Positions 51,459 through 63,070 of a stretch of DNA of 64,000 nt are shown one piece after another. The stretch is taken from positions 6,820,001-6,884,000 of the forward strand of contig NC_043005.1 of the NCBI RefSeq assembly GCF_006345805.1, written 5' to 3'. The notes beneath the pieces were generated by a model that saw only the letters and a list, made by a program, of their open reading frames with translations, was not told the origin of the DNA and ran no database searches. Source of the stretch: Octopus sinensis (taxonomy: Eukaryota). The translations under genes were made by a program, and so were the position numbers. Position 1 is the first letter of the stretch; the number at the start of each line of letters is the position of its first letter.

Positions 51459-51828
51459 AGCCATTTAGCCGCTCTGGCAATGATCACACTCGGCTCTTAA
51501 CACCCTACTAGCATGGGGCACAAGTGCCAGTAAGGTGATGCTGGTAACAATCACACTCGAATGGTGCCTTTTATGTGCCACTGGTATGGAAGCCGGTTAG
51601 CTGCTCTGTCAATGATCACACTTGTATGGTGCTCTTTGCAGAAAATTAGTAATCCTGTGATGAACCAGTGTCCCATCCAGGTGGGGGTTTATATGCCATG
51701 GAAACTGGGGAAACCAGCCCTTATGAGTTGGCATGACTTGAGAAGGTAACCTACCTTTACTTTGATGTTACAAATATCTTGGAATTGATGAGAATATTGT
51801 ATCTTTTGGGACTGTGAATAAAACTAGA
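51459..51828 (-). repeat. Near-identical inverted copy of 50036-50411
   Basis: By-eye alignment gives 2 substitutions, 2 single-base indels and one 6-bp deletion over ~375 bp. Confidence 0.95.
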
Positions 51829-52502
51829 ATGACAACCAGCATGGCACATCAATCTCAGCATTTATTGTTCTTTGAGAGGTTAATGTGGGCTGCTCTGTAG
51901 AGTATGAACTTTCTGTGCCAGTAACTGATAATCAAGTCTCTCCCTGGTGATTCCCCATTGTGCCATTTTGCAGCAACCATCAGGAGTGATTCGCTGTTGA
52001 TATTATAAGTTTTGGAAGAGTTGTTTGCTCAGTACTGATTCTGTAGCCCACCTAACCACATTGCATCACAGCTGTTGTTTGTTTACAGCCCAGATCCCAC
52101 CTAAAAATGATTCTAGATCATCTAGGGAAGGGTTTTTTACAACCTTGACGGTATTGATTTTCATTCTGTGATACACTACTTGAGGGTTTGTAGCAAATTT
52201 GTGATCGATGGATTTTCATTCTAGTATGTGTTAGTATCCATTATAGAAAAAAAAGCAAACCCCTTATGTTGATGTGACTGACTTTGATGCCATTTGTATA
52301 TGTGTGCAATCATAAATGCACCCCATATGTATTTGTTGTTGGTGTTAAATGTGTTGTGTGTGTGTGTCCTGTCATGTCACTTATAATGTAACTGTTAACA
52401 TGTAACTCAGTGCAACTTGTTGCATGATATGGCTGTTAGCAACTAAACCACCAACCCAACTAAGCCAACTGGGTAAGGAAGTTGGTTTTCATTGGATGCC
52501 CT

Positions 52503-53110
52503 ATCATCATCATCATCATCATCGTTTAACGACCGCTTTCCATGCTAGCATGGGTTGGACGGTTCAACTGGGGTCTGGGGAGCCCGAAGGCTGCACCAGG
52601 CCAGTCAGATCTGGCAGTGTTTCTACAGCTGGATGCCCTTCCTAACGCCAACCACTCCGAGAGTGTAGTGGGTGATTTTATGTGCCACCGACACAGGTGC
52701 CAGACGAGGCTGGCGAACAGCCACGCTCGGATGGTGTTTTTATGTGCCACCGACACAGGTGCCAGACGAGGCTGGCAGACGGCCACGCTCGGATGGTGTT
52801 TTTATGAGCCACCGACACAGGTGCCAGACGAGGCTGGCAGACGGCCACGCTCGGATGGTGTTTTTATGTGCCACCAACACAGGTGCCAGACGAGGCTGGC
52901 AGACGGCCACGCTCGGACGGTGTTTGTTAAGTGCCCACAGCACGGAGGCCAGTCGATGCGGTACTGGCTACGGTCCCGTTCGGATGGTTTTCTTATGTGC
53001 CACCAGCACTGGTACCACAAGGATACAAATTCCATTGATGTTCATCTATTTTGATTTGGTTTGACTTGATTCGATTTGACTTTGATTTGATTTGCCTCAA
53101 CAGGTCTTCA
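52503..53110 (-). mobile_element. Family D retroposon with four 62-bp tandem units (52677-52925)
   Basis: TATG(T/A)GCCAC recurs at 52679, 52741, 52803 and 52865. Confidence 0.9.
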
Positions 53111-54220
53111 CAAGTGTCACAAGCAGGAAGGTATGCACAGGCGGACTGACTACGTCCCAGGTAGGGGCCACGGGCCCTACTGGAAGAAAAACAAAAACCT
53201 GTCAAAGGGAGGATGAACTCAGTAGAGTCAATAGCCATCCAGCTGCTGAAAGTCGAAGACCCCTAGTTTTTGTTTAGATATTTCTCTCGGAGAAGGAAAA
53301 CTCTGAACTAACAACTGTGACTTCATTTGCATCCAATGATAAACACTAGTTCTTCTTTTTGGTCAAATGCATACATTATTTCGAAAGCAGGATTGGTCCT
53401 GTACAAGACCTTTCCTCACTTTAAAAAAGCATCAGGTACAAATTTTACTTGATTTTTAACATTTTTATTATATGTTGCATACTATGGCTGGCTGTAGCCT
53501 AAAAATACATAACACTCAATGGAAAATTTCATGATGGAATGAAGGCATGTGCCCTATTTACTGCCAGAGGCACTCATCGTTGCTACATCCATGAAAAAGA
53601 GAGTTGCCACTTATTCCAAGTGCTGACTGCTGTCCCTACTCCCATACTGTCCTGTCAAGCATTCCCACATCTCAGCCACCCAACCTTGACACACATAATA
53701 TCCTCTGCTTGATTCTTACCAGGCTGTGAGCAACTGAGTTAGTCCCTTGCAGGACTGAAATGCCACTTCTGTGCTGCTCATGTCCAAGAGAACAGTCAGC
53801 CGTCCAAGAATTTGAACCTGGAGATCTCCATTTCCAGTGACTTTGAGAGCCACTTCCCAGTGGTGTCGGGTGTCAACAAAGAACCCTCGACTACAACAAG
53901 ACGACCAAAGCTTTTTTTTTCCAAGGTCTGGGGTCTCCCGCCCCTAAACCCTAGACCATCACCTAATCACCCTTACCCGTCTTGTTGCTTAACAACAACA
54001 ACAAAAAGAGAACAGTCAAGCAATAACATTGGTTAAAACTGAGTTGTAGTCACTTACATGCATACATGCCTGCATATATGCATGTATGTATGTATGTATG
54101 TATGTATGTATGTATGTATATATGTATGTATTTATGCATGTATGTATGCATTGATAGTTTTTGGCTACTATATTCCATTTACAAGGCATTGGTCAATCCA
54201 AGACTTGTAGTCTCAGAGAC

Positions 54221-54563
54221 CAGTAATTCTCAGTCAGGCTCCATATAAGCATTGGTGGGAAGAGGTCCATATAAGCATTGGTGGGAAGAGGTCCATATAA
54301 GCATTGGTGGGAAGAGGTCCATATAAGCATTGGTGGGAAGAGGTCCATATAAGATTTTGTTAAAATTTATGTGCAATAAATTGGTTACATTTCTACAATA
54401 TAGAAATATTTTAACAACTTTTTATACAGTTCCAAATAATATTAATCATAAAAATACAATAAGATTTTTTTCTATGTACAATGAATGGTTATGGAGGTCC
54501 AGTAGAGTAAAATAGGAATCAAAAGCAAAAAAAAAAAAAAAAGAAAATGCTTGAGAACCACTG
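54221..54563. mobile_element. hAT-type MITE inserted into a minus-strand SINE B (fragments ~54160-54220 and ~54564-54650); contains a 26-bp tandem repeat
   Basis: TIRs CAGTAATTCTCA / TGAGAACCACTG. CCATATAAGCATTGGTGGGAAGAGGT x4.3 at 54241-54353. TSD weak (5/8). Confidence 0.7.
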
Positions 54564-55470
54564 TATCAGACCAATGGACCATGTAATAGGTTTGAACCCA
54601 GAAGTACATGGTTACAAAGTAAGCTTACTTACCATCTGATTATACCTGCACTTGTCTAAAGTATTACTAATTATCTAATGTATTCAATGATTATAGTTTT
54701 AATTTAATATCAAATTGCTGCATGTACACTTCCCACGCACAAACAGCTACTTGTACATTGTTGCCAGTCTACAGTGACCTCATACAACAATAAGCACTTT
54801 GTTTATTTATAGTCACAATCATGCAAAATAAATATTTGTCCCAAAGATTTTAATTTAATTCTGCAATTGGGATCAAGTTATTTGCTTCTATAGCGGTAAT
54901 TAACTACCTCTTAATTTTGTTCTCCAAATTTCAAGAACTTTCTGAGAAAGAAAACAAAAACCTCGAAATACAATTTCCTGTGACTGTGTTACCAAACAGT
55001 AAATACAATGACTAGACAGCTCTTGAATGAACTTATTTACAGCAAAATTTCTTGTCAATTGCTGAATAAGACACAAAGTGCTTGTGAAAATTCATAAGTG
55101 ACAATAGTAAAGCATACTGTTTTAAAGTAACTCTCCTGTTGTTGAAGTAATCAAAATATAGCATCTACGGTAAAGTATTTAAAACATTTTAACCTTGCAA
55201 GAGACTATTTCCTTCATTATTTAATATATCACTTTTAGCTCACTTATGAAATTTTCCATCAAATTGTGATTGCAATTGTAGCTCTAGTCACTAAAAAGCA
55301 AATAGTATAAACTTGCTTTTACATGGAATCAAACATTATGCTTGATGCAATACTTGAAACATTGAAGTTCATGTTTCTTATATTTTTAGTGTACTTTAAA
55401 AAAATTCTTGCTCCTTTATCCTCTGTATTATATATATAAGTGTACAGATGTATGCCAGTTTGTATAAATA

Positions 55471-56310
55471 TACATGGTGTATTCCAAAAGTTTTGAGACT
55501 CACGCTGGGCGAAATGCTTTGCAGTATTTTGTCTGCCACAATGTTCTGAGTTCAAATTCCGCCGAGGTTGACTTTGCTTTTCATCCTTTCGGGGTCGATT
55601 AAATAAGTACCAGTTACACACTGGGGTCAATGTAATCGACTTAATCCCTTTGTCTGTTCTTGTTTGTCTCCTCTATGTTTAGCCCCTTGTGAGCAATAAA
55701 TAAATAAAAAATTTCAAAAAAGTACAAAACTCTAGTCTCTTTCAATGTAAGATCTTTTGTAGAACTCCAACCCCTTCATGAAGACCCCATGAAAGTCCCC
55801 TATAGTTATGTCCTGTCTCCTTCATGTTCTCCTTCAGCTTGAGGAATGACTAGAAGTCACGATGAGCATGTCTGGACCGTAGGGAGAGTAAGGAACAGTT
55901 TTGATGCCCTTACAGTTATAAAAAGGAATCATCATGTGCTTCCCATCAGATTTGCTTTGCCTGACCTCTCGTGCCAGTGAAAAAGAGATGGCCAGCTCAT
56001 ACAAGTTAATCCAAAAGCATTTCAAAGGTTTCTGTAGCATATTTGCCCTGTTTCACACAAAAACCTTATTGCATAGCAAGCTTCTAAGCTGCCTTCATGC
56101 TCCAACTGCATTCTGTAACCTAGTCAGCTGTGACAAGCAGTGTTTAGTAGGGTGTGTTCAAAGTGCTGTTACAGCTGTCTCCTTCAATCTGGAAAAAAAA
56201 AGTTGGTAAGTCAACTCATCAGATGTATTAATATATTAAAATTACAATAATCAAGAACAGTTGTAACTACCTCTCCTAAAAAGTATCCAAACTTCTGGAA
56301 TGCACCTTTA
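55471..56310 (-). mobile_element. Internally deleted mariner element with a SINE C inserted just inside one TIR (55501-55706)
   Basis: TIRs TA|CATGGTGTATTCCAAAAGTTTTGAGACT and TA|AAGGTGCATTCCAGAAGTTTGGATACT. ORF 55834-56040 has EVRQSKS.GK.MMI.F...KG and TVP.SPY.PD. Confidence 0.8.
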
Positions 56311-56311
56311 C

Positions 56312-56342
<31 letters not shown>

Positions 56343-56880
56343 TGTATGTATGTATGTATGTATGTATGTATGTATGTATGTATGTATGTATGTATGTATG
56401 TATGTATGTATGTATGTATGTATGTATGTATGTATGTATGTATGTATGTATGTATGTATGTATGTATGTATGTATGAATGTATGTATGTATGTATGTGTG
56501 TATGCATGTATGTATGAATGTATGTATGTATGTATGTATGTATGTGTGTATGTATGTATGTTTGTTTGTATGTATGTATGTATGTATGTATGTGTGTATG
56601 TATGTATGTTTGTTTGTATGTATGTATGTATGTATGTATGTATGTATGTATGTATGTATGTATGTATGTATGTATGTATGTATGTATGTATGTATGTATG
56701 TATGTATGTATGTATGTTTGTTTGTATGTATGTTTGTATGTATGTATGTATGTGTGTATGTATGTATGTAAGTATGTATGTGTGTATGCATGTATGTATG
56801 TATGTATGTATGAATGTATGTATGAATGTATGTATGAATGTATGTATGTGTGTATGTATGTATGTATGTGTGTGTGTATG
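56311..56880. repeat. (TATG)n microsatellite (~570 bp)
   Basis: Seen directly. Confidence 0.98.
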
Positions 56881-57165
56881 CTTTACGTTTACTCTTATGC
56901 AGGCAATAAGTGGTTGGAACATCATGGTTTCAATCAGTGCATATTTGAGGGGTATTGCTGACCTAGATGGATTGGGGTGGCTCATCTTGCATATATCATA
57001 TTTTTGGCTTGGTTTCTATAGCTAAATGTTCTTCCTAACACCAATCACTGCATAGAATGTACTGTGCAATTTTTCACAGCATCAACACTAGTGATGTGTA
57101 ATGTTGTCAAGAAAACTAAAGGGTCCTCACACTCCACAGAACCTACTGAGTGCCTTTGGCATGAC

Positions 57166-57558
57166 TCCATACATACATACATACAAACATACATACATAC
57201 ATTCATACATTCATACATTCATACATTCATACATACATACATACATACATTCATACATACATTCATACATACAAACATGCATACATACATACATACATAC
57301 ATACATACATACATACATACATACATTCATACATACATACATACATACATACAAACATACATACATTCATACATACATACATACATACATACATACATAC
57401 ATACATACAAACATACATACATACATACATACATACATTCATACATACATACATACATACATACATCATACATACATACATACATACATACATACATACA
57501 TACATACATACATACATACATACATACATACATACATACATACATACATACATACATA
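57166..57558. repeat. (CATA)n microsatellite (~390 bp)
   Basis: Seen directly. Confidence 0.98.
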
Positions 57559-58322
57559 CTCCAGCTCTAGAGAAATAACCATGTTCTTGACACAGCTAAA
57601 GAGACCTCATGAAAACACAGCATTCTTTGGCAGTATGAGGATTTTCCACAAAATCCATATTATTAATGTAAACCAAATAGGCATTTTCTGGTAGCATAAT
57701 AGTGCTTAGTATCACCGCCAGTAGCAATGCTACTGGAAAATATCAAAATCATGGTGATTATGATCTTCCGTTGAGAGCTGGGGAAGAAAGTGTCCAACAA
57801 CGTAAACTGATTTTAAAATGTAATATTGTAGCTAGATATTTTGATGTGGAAAAAAAAAAAAAAAAAAGACAATAGACAATAAATTATTACACAGAAAAGG
57901 GATATCTTCTTTCTCATATAGGAATCATATTTAAGGACATATACATACACACACTCACTCATACACAAAGAAGGGAAAATTTTAATTTGTGATAAAAGAT
58001 TTTGGATATTTACAGTTTTGCATGTTGATGATATGATCATTAATTACATTTAATTATTAATTAGACTAAAAGCTGTGATTATGATAATTCATAAAATCAA
58101 TGTGTATATATACAAGATTTATATAAATGATCTATTATTCATTAATTAAATATGAATTCAATGTAGTTTGATTTGTGGCTGCATGCAGAAAGGTTTTCAG
58201 TGAGTTCCATTATTAGATCTTCTGGCCTTGTCTTCGTTTTAAGGAAATTGGAGTCAAGGTCATTAAATTAGTCGTTTATTTCATCAGTTTGTTGTGGAGC
58301 AGTGTCTAAGATGCTTCCTTCA

Positions 58323-58323
<1 letters not shown>

Positions 58324-58377
<54 letters not shown>

Positions 58378-58490
58378 AATAAGAATAATATCAACAACAA
58401 AAAAGCAAAGAAGAAGAAGAAGAAGAAGAAAGAAGAAGAAGAAGAAGAAGAAGAAGAAGAAGAAGAAGAAGAAGAAGAAGAATGAAGAAG
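58324..58490. repeat. (AAT)n and (AAG)n microsatellites
   Basis: Seen directly. Confidence 0.95.
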
Positions 58491-58608
58491 AAGGTTTTTG
58501 ATTGTAGAAGTTCACAAAGAATATTGTATACAAGATATTTTATAATATATGCAAACACAGGAAACGAATGTGTAATTAGGTTACATAAAATTTTATATAT
58601 ATATACAT

Positions 58609-59271
58609 ATGGATGGAGACGCGGGTGCTGATGAAAAAAGTCACCCCCACCTGGTAGACACCCAGGAAGAAAACTCCAGTGAGAAACCTGCCCGGGAAGT
58701 AAACCCAAGTGCAAGTGCTCCTACCAGCACCAAAAGCCATGGAGATGAAAGAACCAAAAAAGGAGGAAAAACTAAAACTAAAACTCAGGCAAAACCAAAA
58801 AACGAAACAGCCAAGAATAGAAGCAAACCTGACTATCCATATACCAAAAAGGATGGAAACAAACAGCGCACACGAGTATGTAGGTTCTACCTGAGAGGTA
58901 CCTGCTGGCATGGAGAGGAAGGTGCAGGCTGCCGTTTTGCACATCGGGGACCCTGCCGCAGAGACACGAAACAGATCAGAAACCAACTACCGAAAGGAAA
59001 AGGGATGGACCACGCACCACCTGCCCCAAAACGGAGGTACGCAGATGTGGTGCGTGCCACAAACGGCCAACATGATGTTGTTGAAAGGGCAGCTGCTGAA
59101 CAAGAATCTTTTTTGTGCTTGGCACGAAAGATTGTACAGCAGCTAACCTGGCTTCATCAAACCCAAGCTCGCAGATGGGACTACCCACAATATACAAGAC
59201 CACCACAGCAAATAGACCCAAGGTGGACACTGCCGGCTACAGCATACACCTCACCTCGATGCTCCTACTGA
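58609..59271 (+). CDS. Putative LINE ORF1 (220 aa, basic, single CCCH zinc finger); may be 5'-incomplete
   Basis: Open frame in a GC-richer island; motif VCRFYLRGTCWHGEEGAGCRFAH (C-x7-C-x8-C-x3-H); overlaps the start of an APE ORF. Confidence 0.7.
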   Translation: MDGDAGADEKSHPHLVDTQEENSSEKPAREVNPSASAPTSTKSHGDERTKKGGKTKTKTQAKPKNETAKNRSKPDYPYTKKDGNKQRTRVCRFYLRGTCWHGEEGAGCRFAHRGPCRRDTKQIRNQLPKGKGMDHAPPAPKRRYADVVRATNGQHDVVERAAAEQESFLCLARKIVQQLTWLHQTQARRWDYPQYTRPPQQIDPRWTLPATAYTSPRCSY

Positions 59272-59395
59272 ACATCAGAGGACTACTAACACACAGTAAC
59301 AGGACAAAAATCCCGTTCTTGAGAGACTTTGTTGCATGCAATCAAGCCTTATGCATAGCACTTACGGAAACACACCTGAAACCGGACAAGTGTGC
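59259..59395 (+). pseudogene. Truncated LINE ORF2 start (APE endonuclease N-terminus)
   Basis: MLLLNIRGLLTHSNRTKIPFLRDFVACNQALCIALTETHLKPD contains the xNIRGL and IALTETHL motifs, then breaks into unrelated AT-rich DNA. Confidence 0.75.
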
Positions 59396-59502
59396 CATCC
59401 ACACAATTGTTTCCTCAAAAGTTTCAGAAGAAAATGGATATCTTTTAAGGAAATATTCAACAAATAACTCTCAGATAGCGTACATTACGACTATTTTTTT
59501 TT

Positions 59503-59888
59503 TTTTTTACTTGTTTCAGTCATTTGACTGTGGCCATGCTGGAGCACCGCCTTTAGTCGAGCGACTCGACCCCGGGACTTATTCTTTGTAAGCCCAGTAC
59601 TTATTCTATCAGTCTCTTTTGCCGAACCGCTAAGTAACGGGGACATAAACACACCAGCATTGGTTGTCAAGCAATGCTAGGGGGACAAAAACAGACACAC
59701 AAACACATACATATATATATACATATATACGACGGGCTTCTTTCAGTTTCCGTCTACCAAATCCACTCACAAGGCATTGGTCAGCCCAGGGCTATAGCAG
59801 AAGACACTTGCCCAAGATGCCACGCAGTGGGACTGAACCCGGAACAATGTGGTTGGTTAGCAAGCTACTTACCACACAGCCACTCCTG
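59503..59888 (-). mobile_element. SINE family B
   Basis: Matches the other B copies. Confidence 0.92.
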
Positions 59889-60078
59889 TGTCTATATCGG
59901 AATTTAATGGGAAAAAGATAGTGGTCGCGTGCACATATATATATTGACACACATCGCAATTTTTTTCAAAAATTCGAGTTATGTGTGTCAGTATATATGC
60001 GTGCATGTCCGCGAACTTTTCCTATTTCTCTTTCCACATGAAATTCCTATATATTCGTAATCTACACCATCTGAGAGG

Positions 60079-60243
60079 CAGGGCCTGCCCTAGAGTTGCT
60101 GGCGTCCCAGGTAAGCTGAACTTCATCGTATACAAGCTGACAGATGTGAAAATTCCTTGTCTTTGTCACGCCCTCTTTGGTGTCTCCTAGTACATGGTGC
60201 TCAGGGTGACTGCCCGAATTGCTGGTACCTTGAGCTGGCCCTG
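60079..60243. mobile_element. 165-bp hAT-type MITE
   Basis: TIRs CAGGGCCTGCCC / GAGCTGGCCCTG. 8-bp TSD CTGAGAGG (60071-60078) / CTGTGAGG (60244-60251). Confidence 0.8.
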
Positions 60244-61439
60244 CTGTGAGGTATTTGTGGAAAATTTCATTAAAAATATACCCATGTTTCTGAAGGTTAT
60301 CAGGAAACAAAGTCGGGGACACAATTGTGTGGGTCTGCCGTTTTAAGCACCTTTGAGTTCTTAAACACCCTCTGTAACATGCTGGTTGGTACCATAACAT
60401 AGTTACAAGATGTCCGGTATTGTTCCTTCAACCGTATGAACTCTTAGCCAGGCAATTTCAGGGCAGGAAACCTGGAGGTTCCAACCAGAAACGATACTTC
60501 ACCCTCTATATATTCCCACAGAATATTTCATTGTAAAAAATCGTGTAACTGTAAGGGGATTTGATAGCAAAGATCAGTAAATAAAACTCATACATAAAAT
60601 ATTCCTTTCTTCTATAGGAACAAGGCTTGAAATTTGGTGGAGTGAGTAGTGGATCATATTGAGCTCCAAAGCTTGATTGGCACTTAAATTTTCAACAACG
60701 AAAGGATCAAACGAACCTTTGACCTTGTCAGGATTTGAACTCAGTTTGCAAAATTGTACGAAATGCTGCTGGCGTGCTATGTAGTGGAAGGTATTATTGT
60801 CAGTGGTAACAGTATCCTTATATATACTATGTTCTTCCTAAGGCAGTGATTGTTGAGAGAGCACATGGAAGGTGTTCAACAGTTACAAAGCCATGTGAAA
60901 TTTTGAATAGGTGGGGTTTTATGTGCCCCTAGTTCTGCCGAACTTTTAGGATGAGATACCATGTTGTTTACTACATGCTACAATTTGTGTTGTTCACTAC
61001 AGCTGTAATTTTCTCTTGCCCTAAAGAAGATGCTGGGTAAGTTAGACGCAAAGTTCAGTGCAAAGAGGGTTGAACCATACTATATTTCTCTTGCATAACC
61101 GATTATTACACTTATAGGTGGTGGATCAGAGCACACTTTTGACTTAGCTTAGTGATGTAGAGTTTACCCTTTCCTTTAGGGTGTTGTTTGACAATTTATT
61201 CTTCAGGGTCTATTTTCTTAATGATCACATTTGTAGAATGTGGTTTACTTATCTTTCTTCCAAGGGGATTTATTTTAGTGTTACTTAGTGTATTGCTATG
61301 CTAGGTGGTAGGTTGGCAGAACTGTTGGTGTATCGGATGAGATGTCTAGCAATATATATACTGTGAAGAAAGGGACAGAAATGGAAAATTGAGAATAACA
61401 ATGAAATAAAGCCTCAGCTTTAAATGAATAAACTTCTCA

Positions 61440-61835
61440 TACTCTCTTTACTCTTTTTACTTGTTTCAGTCATTTGAATGCGGCCATGCTGGAGCACCGC
61501 CTTTAGTTGAGCAAATCGACCCCGGGACTTATTCTTTGTAAGCCCAGTACTTATTCTATCGATCTCTTTTGCCAAACCGCTAAGTGACGGGGACGTAAAC
61601 ACACCAGTATCGGTTGTCAAGCAATGCTAGGGGGACAAACACAGACATACATATATATATATATATACATATATACGACAGGCTTCTTTCAGTTTCCGTC
61701 TACCAAATCCACTCACAAGGCATTGGTCGACCCGGGGCTATAGCAGAAGACACTTGCCCAAGATGCCACGCAGTGGGACTGAACCCGGAACCATGTGGTT
61801 GGTTAGCAAGCTACTTACCACACAGCCACTCCTGT
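61440..61835 (-). mobile_element. SINE family B
   Basis: Matches the other B copies. Confidence 0.92.
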
Positions 61836-61883
61836 ACTTCTTTACGCTGTTTATAAACCTAAATGTATGTGTCTATGTGTGTA

Positions 61884-62341
61884 TCATCATCATCATCATC
61901 ATCGTTTAACGTCCGCTCTCCATGTTAGCATGGTTTGGACGAATGACTGAGGGCTGGTGAACCAGACGGCTGCACTAAGCCTCAATCTTGATCTGGCAGA
62001 GTTTCTACAGCTGGATGCCCTTCCTAACGCCAACCACTCCACGAGTGTAGTGAGTGCTTTTTACGTGCCACCTGCACAGGTGCCAGGAGGGTCCGGCATT
62101 GGCCACGATCGGCTGGAGCTTTTAATGTGCCACCGGCACGGAAACCAGCCAAGGCGGCGCTGGCAACAGCCACGTTCGGATGGTGCTTTTTATGTTCCAC
62201 CGGCACTGGAGCCAGTCGAGGCAGCGCTGGCATCGGCCACGTTCGGACGGTGCTTTTTATGTGCCACCGGCACTGGAGCCAGTCGAGACAGCGCTGGCAT
62301 CGGCCACGTTCAGACGGTGCTTTTTATGTGCCACCGGCACT
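61884..62341 (-). mobile_element. Family D retroposon with 67-bp tandem units
   Basis: ATGT(G/T)CCACC recurs at 62125, 62192, 62259 and 62326. Confidence 0.9.
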
Positions 62342-63070
62342 GTATGTATGAATAGATGGATAGACTGACTGAAAACTAGATGAATAAAAAGACAGACAGA
62401 CAGACAGACAGGCAGGCAGGCAGAAGGAGGGAAGGACAGACAGATAAGAATGATGGCCACAGTCAAGTGACTGAAACAAGTAAAAGAATAAAAAAAAATA
62501 AAAGAACATGTTGAGATGTATTGTTGTTATTTCATTACAATTTAATTTCAGATGTTGAAACATCTGCCAAAATATGCACATAATGGTGTTAAGACTGGCT
62601 TGCTTACTAATCAGAAAATTATGAAACACGGGATAAAGTGTAAATTATGTCACTTGATTTAAGAGTTCTCTTAATATTTCAGTTTCCTCTCTGATAGCTG
62701 ATTATGATGCATGTCGTTGTTGATGGCTCAAGAATTGTGTTTGTGTCAAGCTTTCTGGCATTTAGTTGATGAGAAAAAGCCTTTTAGATATGATGCAAGC
62801 CAACATCTGATTAATTCTTCATATTAAGTGATATCTACTTCCAAGCAAGATGGTCTGATGTAAACAGAATGAAGTACTTCACTTAAGAAGATAATAATGA
62901 CTCGCTTGTGTCAATATGTCTCATATATTAGAAACCCAGATTATTTTGAATTTCCCAGTCTTTACTATTTACAAATTATCATACTTTATAAAACTACACA
63001 TGTATGCCAAAGTACTTTTGTTTTTAAGCTTGAATATTTTCAAATTAGTTAATATTATGTATTATATATA

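Larger units (their letters stand above)
48850..52210 (-). pseudogene. Decayed R4/Dong-clade (RLE-type) LINE, interrupted by SINE F, family D and an inverted duplication
   Basis: Colinear minus-strand relics: SPGRD-like (~51950), YRPIACLN and DY.KA.DSVPH.W-like (51400-51130), IFQ.D (~51000), YKYLGI...RVAKGYFSRLWKIWESELS.FNK (50090-49970), and a PD.(D/E).P.D-like RLE region (49090-48950). Confidence 0.78.

Noticed and set aside
50036-51828. Interpretation as a DNA transposon with 375-bp TIRs
   Set aside because: The arms are composites of LINE, SINE and D junctions, the interior is LINE RT, and no TSD was found.
52542-53064. 170-aa and 130-aa repetitive ORFs; CRISPR-like appearance
   Set aside because: Contiguous 62-bp tandem units inside a retroposon, with no unique spacers, in a eukaryotic context.
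56195-56226. Minus-strand CTGATGA followed by a GTTG/CAAC hairpin
   Set aside because: No GAAA or stem III follows, and it lies within a mariner relic.
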